A stretch of 45,950 bases of DNA, taken from NCBI GenBank assembly GCA_047637095.1, contig JBLIGS010000001.1:1-45950 (forward strand), given 5' to 3'. The notes under the pieces are model-generated. The model searched no databases. It saw nothing but the letters and a program-made list of their open reading frames with translations, and was not told where the DNA came from. Origin of the DNA: Neolewinella sp. GTDB lineage: Bacteria; Bacteroidota; Bacteroidia; Chitinophagales; Saprospiraceae. Of the stretch, positions 38,917 through 45,950 are shown piece by piece. The stretch's first letter is position 1, and each line of letters begins with the position of its first letter. Made by a program: the position numbers and the translations under genes.

Positions 38917-38944
38917 GTAGCGACAAGGCATGTCTTGTCGCTAC
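38917..38944. repeat. GTAG-type REP palindrome
   Basis: GTAGCGACAAGGCATGTCTTGTCGCTAC. Confidence 0.8.
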
Positions 38945-39001
38945 CGTTTGCGCCTGCAAGGGCGGTGATTCCTTAGGAATCATTAACGGAACATTCTATT
39001 C

Positions 39002-39661
39002 CTAGAAGCTGTCAATTTCTCTTTGGATGTTTATTCTTGCGGAAGCCTCCCATTTGTCTCTGGACTCCTGCAAATGATAGATAAGCGGTTGCTCAATGAA
39101 ATGCTGTAAGGCCTTTTTTCTGCCAGGCTTGTAGAGGCAATTTGGATAGATTTTAAATTCTCTCCGGACTGCTTTGGCGTACGCGTCGTAACCGTCGGCT
39201 GGACGGGCGAGGACTGCGAGGTCAAGGTCTATCAATAGTGCGTCAGAATGATCACTGCCCTCTAACAATTGATGGCTTTTGGTGGCCATGATGAGCCGGT
39301 GACAGTAAGCACCGTCTTCTTCGGATGCTCCGATGGCGAGAAGGTCTTTGACCAACAAGTCGGCGCTTTTGGCTTCATTGTCCCTGCGGCTGGCGGTGTA
39401 GACGATGTCGTGGTAGATAAGGGCTAAGCCCCATAGTGCTTCTTTTTTAGACAGAAGGGCCGCAGGCGCGGTTGCTGAGCGGGGCTGAAGTACAGGGGGA
39501 GTGTTTGTTAACTGAGCAGTGTAGTGTCCCAGCATCTCGCGCAAATGCGCGAGGTTATGATAAGCCCTCCTGCTGTAGGCACTTTCAATTTGCGTCCATT
39601 TTGAACCGGTGCCAGGATTAATAACCCGCAAACAATGGTGGTAAAAGTTAACGGGTTCCAT
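39002..39661 (-). CDS. HD-superfamily metal-dependent phosphohydrolase (COG4339-like)
   Basis: RAYHNLAH, YHDIVY, NEAKSA, DLDLAVL. Confidence 0.88.
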   Translation of the reverse strand: MEPVNFYHHCLRVINPGTGSKWTQIESAYSRRAYHNLAHLREMLGHYTAQLTNTPPVLQPRSATAPAALLSKKEALWGLALIYHDIVYTASRRDNEAKSADLLVKDLLAIGASEEDGAYCHRLIMATKSHQLLEGSDHSDALLIDLDLAVLARPADGYDAYAKAVRREFKIYPNCLYKPGRKKALQHFIEQPLIYHLQESRDKWEASARINIQREIDSF

Positions 39662-39773
39662 AGCCGACTAAATTGGATTTTGATTGTGGGTTAATCCCAT
39701 GATGTGACGGTAAAGGTTAAATTTAGAGACAGCCTTAAAAAGGACTAACTTTGCGGCTCCAAAACGAAACGTC

Positions 39774-40628
39774 ATGACCGAAAGTCTCCGCCAACGCATC
39801 CTGCAGTTCATCACCGAAGCCCTCGCCGAGGACGTCGGACCAGGTGATTACACTAGTGAAGCTACGATCCCTGCCGCTAACCGGGACACTGCCCGTTTGC
39901 TGGTCAAAGACGTTGGTGTCCTCGCCGGCGTCGAAGTCGCCAAGATGATCTTCGAAGCCGTTGACCCAACGGCCGAATTCGAACAGAAGATGAACGATGG
40001 TGATCTTATGCACGTTGGAGACGAAGCTTTCTTCATTACCTGTAACTCCCGTGCACTCCTCCGCGCCGAGCGCCTCGTGCTTAACACCATGCAGCGTATG
40101 AGTGGCATCGCCACCCTGTCCAACCGCTACGCCTTCGAAGTAGAAGACCTCCCCGTTACCGTTCTAGATACACGGAAGACAACGCCTAATCTCCGTTTTT
40201 TGGAAAAATGGGCCGTCCGGCTTGGCGGCTGTAGTAATTACCGCGATGGCCTCTACGACCGGGTAATGATCAAGGACAACCACATCGATGCTGCCGGTAC
40301 AATCACCGCTGCCATCGAAGGTGTTCAGGCCTTTTTTAAGGAAAATAACATGGTACTTCCCATCACCATCGAGGTACGTAACCTCGTCGAACTCATGGAG
40401 GTTCTCAAGATTGGCCAGGTTGATAGGATTATGCTCGACAACTTTGAAGTCCCCATCATGAAGGAAGCCGTCGCGCATATTGACGGTCGCTTTGAAGTGG
40501 AAGCCAGTGGCGGCATTACCCTGGAAACCATCCGGAGAATTGCGCAAACTGGCGTAAACTTCATCTCCGTTGGCGCCCTTACCCACTCCGCTACCAGCCT
40601 TGACTTGAGCCTGAAAGTGATGAAGTAA
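39774..40628 (+). CDS. nadC: nicotinate-nucleotide pyrophosphorylase (quinolinate phosphoribosyltransferase)
   Basis: DTRKTTP, MIKDNH, IMLDN, EASGG, SVGALTHS. Confidence 0.97.
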   Translation: MTESLRQRILQFITEALAEDVGPGDYTSEATIPAANRDTARLLVKDVGVLAGVEVAKMIFEAVDPTAEFEQKMNDGDLMHVGDEAFFITCNSRALLRAERLVLNTMQRMSGIATLSNRYAFEVEDLPVTVLDTRKTTPNLRFLEKWAVRLGGCSNYRDGLYDRVMIKDNHIDAAGTITAAIEGVQAFFKENNMVLPITIEVRNLVELMEVLKIGQVDRIMLDNFEVPIMKEAVAHIDGRFEVEASGGITLETIRRIAQTGVNFISVGALTHSATSLDLSLKVMK

Positions 40629-40631
40629 AAA

Positions 40632-40690
40632 GCCCTTCGGCCTTTTAGGCGCGGCCTTCGGCCAGCTCGTAGACGGCCTTCGGCCTTGTA
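40632..40690 (-). repeat. three GGCC-GAA-GGCC-type hairpins, same family as 4021-4105
   Basis: G(G/C)CCTTCGGCC at 40632, 40653 and 40675 with TAG(A/G)C linkers. Confidence 0.75.
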
Positions 40691-40694
40691 GCGA

Positions 40695-40863
40695 CTAGTA
40701 CAGTGTAATCTAAGTTTCATCGCCTAATTCGCGGTGCTTTTCACCGCCTAACTGCGTTGGAGAAATCCTCACTTAGGGACGGCTAGGCTCCGGTTTTTCC
40801 GCCTTGTTAGTCGGCAAAACCCACCAGCGAATTTGTCGACAAACTTAAATTACACTGTACTAG
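40695..40863. mobile_element. MITE-like element (169 bp) with terminal inverted repeats and CTAG ends
   Basis: CTAGTACAGTGTAATCTAAGTTT ... AAACTTAAATTACACTGTACTAG (one mismatch); related copy at 41761-41924. Confidence 0.8.
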
Positions 40864-40987
40864 ACAAAGTATAACTGACGAAATTCTTGTTCTTTTCGCA
40901 ATCCTTAGCAAGGGACCAGCCAGACACTAAGCGGATGGCGTAGTCCCTTGCTAAGGTTCCCAATCCTAATGACGGGAACCCGCGACG

Positions 40988-41030
40988 AAAAAAACCAGCC
41001 CCTTGCTCTCGTTAGAGCAAAGTGCTGGTT
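40988..41030 (-). terminator. intrinsic terminator downstream of the ssb pair
   Basis: Minus strand AACCAGCACTTTGCTCT-AACG-AGAGCAAGGGGCTGG-T7. Confidence 0.75.
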
Positions 41031-41176
41031 CGGCCGCCTCCCGCTTTATCCAAAAGACGTGTCTTTTACAGAAATCGAGTGAGTCCCCATACTGCTTTCC
41101 AGAGGCGGCGGTGCAAAACCCATCGTCACCACCAGGTTAAAATTGTTGTGGTTAAAATGGAGCCATTCGGAAAAGA

Positions 41177-41671
41177 CTAGAATGGCAGATCGTCGTCGGC
41201 TTTGGGCATGTCCGATTCGTCGGCCATGGCGACAGCCATGGTTTCCTTTGCCAACCGTTTTTCAGTGCGGGCGTCGATGGGCTTACCAAGTGGTTCGCCA
41301 ACCATGGACGGTGTAGCATGGCTGTTCTCTTTTCGCGGCCCATCCATAAACTGGAAGGACTCAACGATGATTTCCGCCTTGGTACGTTTTTGCTCGTATT
41401 TGTCCAGCCAATTATTGTAGCGAAGAGTGCCGACGATGGACACCTTACTCCCACGGTCAAGGTATTGGTTAAGGACTTCCGCCGCCTTACCGAAGGCTTT
41501 TACATTATGCCATTCGGTTCGCTCTACTTTATTACCATTGCGGTCTTTATAGGCGTCGTTGGTGGCAAGGCGGAATTCTGTGAGCATCTGTCCACTGGGC
41601 ATGGTCTTGGACATGGGCGGGCCGCCCAAGTAGCCGATCAGGTTGATGAAGTTGCTGTTAGTCAAAGACAT
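41177..41671 (-). CDS. ssb: single-stranded DNA-binding protein with acidic tip
   Basis: NFINLIGYLG, FRLATN, TEWHNVKAFGK, C-terminal DDDLPF; start at MSLTN. Confidence 0.92.
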   Translation of the reverse strand: MSLTNSNFINLIGYLGGPPMSKTMPSGQMLTEFRLATNDAYKDRNGNKVERTEWHNVKAFGKAAEVLNQYLDRGSKVSIVGTLRYNNWLDKYEQKRTKAEIIVESFQFMDGPRKENSHATPSMVGEPLGKPIDARTEKRLAKETMAVAMADESDMPKADDDLPF

Positions 41672-41760
41672 AATATTGGAGTTGAAAGGGAGAAGGAACT
41701 TGCCCTCGGCACCCGATTTCGGATGCCGAGTAAGCAAACTGTTTTGGGATCAGTAAAGGA

Positions 41761-41924
41761 CTAGTGCTGTGTCAGGCCAATTTTTACACCTCATCTACGG
41801 TGTCTTTTTCCGGCTGACTTCGTTGGCAAAACACTACCGTAGCTAAGTGAGGATTTTTCCAACGCGGTTAGGCAGTAAAAGACACCGCGAATTAGGCGAT
41901 GAAACTTAGTTTACAGTGTACTAG
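41761..41924. mobile_element. second MITE-like element (164 bp), inverted relative to 40695-40863
   Basis: Bounded by CTAG at both ends; right ~80 bp are a near reverse complement of 40695-40776; left part diverged. Confidence 0.7.
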
Positions 41925-42373
41925 GCGATGGTAGCCATCTGCTTTTTAGTAGGCTTCTTTGCTCGGCGGGTGATGGTCTTCTTGTCTGTTGCCTCGTTTG
42001 TCGAATCGTTCGTTGTATCGCCTTCTTGCTTGGGTTCGTACTTGCCATTACTGAGGAAGGTGAACTCCTCGGTAATCACTTCAGCGGTAATGCGGTTCTG
42101 CTCGAACTGGTCAACCCACTTGCGGTACTTCATGGAGCCGACGATGGAAACCTGAGAGCCACGTTGTAGGTACTGGTCGAAGAGCTCGGCCACCTTGCCG
42201 TAGGCCTTGACCTTATGCCATTCTGTTTTAGTCTGCCGCTTACCGTCCGCATCGCGGTAGTACTCGTTGGTGGCCAGGGAGAATTCGGTGGCCGTTGTAC
42301 CGCTCTTGAGGGTTACTGTTTTAGGATCAGCGCCAAGGTTGCCGGTAAGGTGGATGTGGTTACGTACGTTCAT
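41921..42373 (-). CDS. ssb: single-stranded DNA-binding protein paralog with a basic tail
   Basis: NHIHLTGNLGADP, FSLATN, TEWHKVKAYGK; ends KKPTKKQMATIA; start at MNVRN. Confidence 0.9.
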   Translation of the reverse strand: MNVRNHIHLTGNLGADPKTVTLKSGTTATEFSLATNEYYRDADGKRQTKTEWHKVKAYGKVAELFDQYLQRGSQVSIVGSMKYRKWVDQFEQNRITAEVITEEFTFLSNGKYEPKQEGDTTNDSTNEATDKKTITRRAKKPTKKQMATIA

Positions 42374-42525
42374 CTTATGGTGAATTTTATTAGCCGCAGT
42401 GGAGGGTTGTAGTGAATGCGACCAGGTTATGTAGTGTGTCATCTCCTGAGTAAGTAGCGGTGAAGCAACTCTTTCATTCGGTGACGATGCAAAGGTGGGG
42501 TGGCCTCCAAACGCTAGTCGTCTTT

Positions 42526-42561
42526 TATACGTATACTTACGTTTATATGCGTATATAAACG
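42526..42561. promoter_or_regulatory. candidate operator upstream of the ssb pair
   Basis: TATACGTATA (42526-42535) and CGTTTATAT-GCGT-ATATAAACG (42540-42561) palindromes. Confidence 0.45.
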
Positions 42562-42868
42562 CTTATTAGGTGAGTTTTAAACAATAAGTATCTGATTGTC
42601 AGTAATTTGTGTGGGTGCTGTTTTTTTACCTTTTTTTGCTCATATTCCCCTCCTTTGCACCTGCGTCCGCGCCGTATTCCAACAACAGCACACCTAATAC
42701 CTAACCCTTTGTACCTAAATCTCTTGTAATGGGGCGCGGACGCGAGTGCAAGGCAAGGCTTCAACGGCAAGGATATTCCTTCGCCATGTAAGCCTGCGAC
42801 ATCCCACATCGCTTCTCCGCATAATCAATCGCTACCCATAGACGTACTTTAAGCTAAACCCCAGCCTT

Positions 42869-43372
42869 ATGTTCCGTCTCCTCCTGCCTCTCCTGTTTCT
42901 GTTACCCGTTTCCCTCGCAGCACAGGACATGTCCAACGTCCGCCTGGACTCCATTTTTCACGCCGTTCTCGACTCTGTCTCCGGAGATCTCGGCCGCTGG
43001 GAACTCACCTTCGGCGAAGTCAAAATGCTTTGCCTCACCGATGAGAACAATGATCGGATGCGCCTCATCACGCCTGTCCAAGACGTAAAAGAAGCTACTC
43101 CCGCCGAGATCTTCGCCTGCATGGAAGCCAATTTTCACTCTGCCCTTGACGTCAAATACGCCCTCTCCGACGACTTCATTTGGGTCGCCTACATCCACCC
43201 ACTCAGCCCCCTTCGGGACGATCAGCTACTCGATGCCATTTCACAGGTCCGCAACGCGGCCCTCACCTACGGAACGATCTATACGAGTACGAACCTGACT
43301 TTTCCCGGCAGTAAGGCGGAGGAGAAGAGAGAGGAGGTTAAGAAGAAGAAAAAGAAAGGGAATAAGTCGTAG
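42869..43372 (+). CDS. exported hypothetical protein, possible YbjN/CesT chaperone-like fold
   Basis: Signal peptide ending LAAQ, RMRLITP, MEANFHSALDVKYA, poly-Lys tail; fold is an inference. Confidence 0.7.
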   Translation: MFRLLLPLLFLLPVSLAAQDMSNVRLDSIFHAVLDSVSGDLGRWELTFGEVKMLCLTDENNDRMRLITPVQDVKEATPAEIFACMEANFHSALDVKYALSDDFIWVAYIHPLSPLRDDQLLDAISQVRNAALTYGTIYTSTNLTFPGSKAEEKREEVKKKKKKGNKS

Positions 43373-43520
43373 CCTATTGGTACTTTGGTTCTTTGGGCTC
43401 CGCATATTGGAAGTGCTGCTTGCTTGTGCAGACTACTAATTTGCCAAGGCTAAGAACCAACACCTCCAACGAGGGGTAGCCCAAAATACCACAAGACCAA
43501 AGAACTAAAATACCACAAGG

Positions 43521-44243
43521 CTATTTAGCAAGTTCCTTGCTAACCGGCGGCGGAATGCACAATAGTGCAAGGTCCAAATGGCTGCCAAAGAAGACATTCC
43601 GGTCAACGTTACCATGAATACCAGGGAGGCGGCCTTTATCGGTGTACTGCCAGAATTGGTACTCCCGCCCACAAACGGTAACGGGTTCCTCCACGTCGTA
43701 GCGCGCAAGCCAAAGCGGGTATTCGTCGATATGGCCGGCGAGAAAACGGTTGTAGAAATTCTGCCCGGTGTAGATGATGGGCTTAACGCCGTAGCGGGCT
43801 TCGGTCATTTCTGCCCATACATCGATGGCATTGATGAGCTCCAGTGGAGAGAGTTTGCCGATGGCTTCTACATCGAGAACGGGTGGTAAATCGCCAGGGG
43901 ACAGGTTAACCTGGCTCAGGAAATTTTTCGCCTGGGTTTCAGGCTTTACCTCCGGACGAAAGAAATGGTAGGCTCCACGGCGGAGACCGTAGCGGCCAGC
44001 TTCCTCCCAGTTGGCAACAAAGTTATTGTCCCAAAGCTCTTTCCCTTCGGAGGCTTTGATAAAAGTGAAGTCGTGGCCATCGGCCGCCAACTTCTGCCAA
44101 TTAATTTTTCCTTGGTAATGGCTTACGTCAATTCCCAGAATTTCATACCGGTCGCCGGCGTCAGGGCCGTCGCCCAAGCAACCCGTTAGCACAAGCAACG
44201 GCAGGCAAAGGAGGAGAATATGTAGTTTCTTGGAGAGAATAAT
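43521..44243 (-). CDS. glycoside hydrolase family 25 (lysozyme) lipoprotein
   Basis: GIDVSHYQG, IKASEG, GAYHFF, LDVE, WQYT, VDRN; lipobox LTGC; start uncertain (ATT 44243/44240 versus TTG 44198). Confidence 0.9.
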   Translation of the reverse strand: MILSKKLHILLLCLPLLVLTGCLGDGPDAGDRYEILGIDVSHYQGKINWQKLAADGHDFTFIKASEGKELWDNNFVANWEEAGRYGLRRGAYHFFRPEVKPETQAKNFLSQVNLSPGDLPPVLDVEAIGKLSPLELINAIDVWAEMTEARYGVKPIIYTGQNFYNRFLAGHIDEYPLWLARYDVEEPVTVCGREYQFWQYTDKGRLPGIHGNVDRNVFFGSHLDLALLCIPPPVSKELAK

Positions 44244-44436
44244 CGGTTAGCTTGAGGTTAATACGACGCTAATATAAAGAAGGTCGGCTATAACTGAAGG
44301 TTTCAAGGAGACGATGTCCGTCGAGAGACCTTTGTTATAGTAAGCGGTTAGCTTATGGTCTTTAACGGTTAGCGTAAAGCATTTTAGGAACTAACTAACC
44401 GCTAAACACTTTACGCTAACCGCTTGGAACCTCCGC

Positions 44437-45015
44437 TTAAAGCGGCGCCACTGTTCCTCGGATGTTCCAGTTAATGGTCTCCGAACCAGTGATGGCGTTG
44501 AAGCTGCTCCAGATTCCGCTGGTGGGCGTACGCATCCGATCGCCGTTGGGGTTGTAGTTGCTTCCGTCATCGCAGCCCATGGATTGTGTTCCGTTGGCGG
44601 CCAGGTCTGTCTCCACTGCTAGCCAAAGGCCGTCTGCTGGAATGTCTTGTCCGCCGGGGATAATGTGGTCAATCCAGCCCGAGTTGTTAACCCGTTGGGT
44701 AAGGTCTACGCGGTAAAGTTCATCGCCTGGAGTCTGGGTATTGCCACTATTAGCGAAGATGATGACGCTCGTTGTGGTAGGAACGGTCTCCAGCCAGAAG
44801 GTGATTTTTTCAAGCTGACGGCCTTCGTATTGGGAGACTTCGGTTGCGGGAAAGAAGGCAGCAAAGCTGTTGAGGCCTGCACCGTTTTGCGGCGCGCTGA
44901 ATTTGTCTCCGTCGTAGTTGAGTATCTCAACGATGGTGTCATCGTCTTCACAGGAAGAAAAGCCGATTAGGCCGATGCAAAGGAGTAAAAGAAGGGGGAA
45001 GTAAGTCGTTTTCAT
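44437..45015 (-). CDS. hypothetical lipoprotein
   Basis: Lipobox FSSC followed by an acidic EDDD stretch; LNYDG and NWNIRG beta-rich domain. Confidence 0.8.
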   Translation of the reverse strand: MKTTYFPLLLLLCIGLIGFSSCEDDDTIVEILNYDGDKFSAPQNGAGLNSFAAFFPATEVSQYEGRQLEKITFWLETVPTTTSVIIFANSGNTQTPGDELYRVDLTQRVNNSGWIDHIIPGGQDIPADGLWLAVETDLAANGTQSMGCDDGSNYNPNGDRMRTPTSGIWSSFNAITGSETINWNIRGTVAPL

Positions 45016-45139
45016 TTGGTTGGGTTGTTATTTATAATGGACGCTAAGTTCGGGACTGTCGTTGGTTTGGGCTGCTAAGGATGTCTTAAATCTTTTCAGA
45101 GGGCTACCTTCACTGCCATCTAACGGCAATAAATTCAAT

Positions 45140-45950
45140 ATGAACATTCTCCTTACAGGTACTTCCACCGGCATCGGCTACACTACGGCAAAGACTTTGC
45201 TCGATGCGGGCCACTTTGTCTTCGGCACCGTCCGTAAATTGGCCGACGCAGAACAACTGGCCTTGCACCCCGCGTTCAGCGCCCTGAAAATGGATGTTAC
45301 TGACCGGGACAGCATTCGCAGCGCCATCGCCGAAATAAAATCCTCAGGCAAACCGCTTCATGCGCTTATCAATAATGCTGGCATCGCGGTCTCTGGCCCG
45401 TTGGAAACCATCGCCGAAGAGGATTATCGCCGGCAGTTTGACGTCAATGTCTTTGGTGGACTAGCCGTAAGCCAGGAAGCTTTAGCCCTCTTGCATGCTG
45501 CCCGCAAAGCGGGCGAGGGGAACATCAAAATAATCTACATCAGCTCCGTCTCCGGCTACCTAACCTCCCCCTTCACCGGAATCTACTCCGCCAGCAAATT
45601 TGCCACAGAAGCCATCGTCGACGGCCTCCGCCGCGAACTCATGCCTTTCGGTATCGACGTTCTTTCCGTCGCCCCGGGCCCGGTCAAAACCCCCATCTGG
45701 ACCAAAGCTAAAACCCAGACCAAAGCCTTCGAAGGGACCCGCTACGCCAACATCCTGGAAAAACTGACCGATTATACAGAAAAGGCAGAAGCCGGCGGCG
45801 TCGAACCCGAAAAAGTAGCCAACCTAATCCTCAACCTACTGGAATCGGCCAAGCCTCGTCCTGATCAATTGATTATGAGGAAAGCATGGATGGCCCGCCT
45901 CATCCGGCAATTGCCGAAACGGATGCAGGATAAGATGCTCTCGAAGAACC
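45140..45950 (+). CDS. SDR family oxidoreductase (3' end outside the window)
   Basis: TGTSTGIG, INNAG, ISSVSG, YSASK, PGPVKT translated by hand. Confidence 0.92.
   Translation, partial: MNILLTGTSTGIGYTTAKTLLDAGHFVFGTVRKLADAEQLALHPAFSALKMDVTDRDSIRSAIAEIKSSGKPLHALINNAGIAVSGPLETIAEEDYRRQFDVNVFGGLAVSQEALALLHAARKAGEGNIKIIYISSVSGYLTSPFTGIYSASKFATEAIVDGLRRELMPFGIDVLSVAPGPVKTPIWTKAKTQTKAFEGTRYANILEKLTDYTEKAEAGGVEPEKVANLILNLLESAKPRPDQLIMRKAWMARLIRQLPKRMQDKMLSKN

Noticed and set aside
2061-42750. 19-bp motif as a Chi/KOPS site or a simple restriction-modification site
   Set aside because: Copies are split about evenly between strands (7 plus, 8 minus), and conservation extends well beyond the 7-8 bp CACCTGC or GCGGCCGC cores.
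43521-44243. GH25 lysozyme plus ssb genes as a prophage remnant
   Set aside because: No integrase, holin or structural genes; the GH25 has a lipoprotein signal and host-like composition.

Overview
Ordinary chromosomal segment of a Bacteroidota bacterium. The lineage call rests on a T9SS C-terminal-domain protein, DUF3127, a tsaE-ald pair, a Bacteroidota-type ParC and TAnnTTTG-like promoters; a Lewinella/Neolewinella-like Saprospirales origin is my inference. It holds about 38 mostly housekeeping or envelope genes, including a membrane dipeptidase, VWA protein, SpoIIM, mscL, BatD, an adaptor-permease-TolC exporter, dacB, an OmpR-type two-component pair, hflX, apaG, fur, rel, parC, SCO, nadC, two ssb paralogs, a GH25 lysozyme and a partial SDR. 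I found no tRNA, rRNA, CRISPR array or transposase. The unexplained structure is mostly non-coding: (1) a dispersed, non-palindromic 19-bp motif TGCACCTGCG(T/G)CCGCGCCC in about 15 copies on both strands, intergenic and inside genes in different frames, encoding CTCxRAQ-type signal-peptide ends in three secreted proteins (uptake-sequence-like); (2) a 23-bp-period array of co-varying triloop hairpins; (3) CTAG-bounded MITE-like elements around the ssb pair; (4) a 225-bp palindrome, REP-like units and stop-codon-anchored tandem repeats; (5) a candidate sRNA. Protein-level oddities include a degenerate DEDD-like protein next to a pseudo-HD/Pycsar-effector gene and an ADP-ribosylglycohydrolase, a cargo-less T9SS CTD protein and a probable ATT start codon. 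All family assignments come from motif recognition, not database searches.
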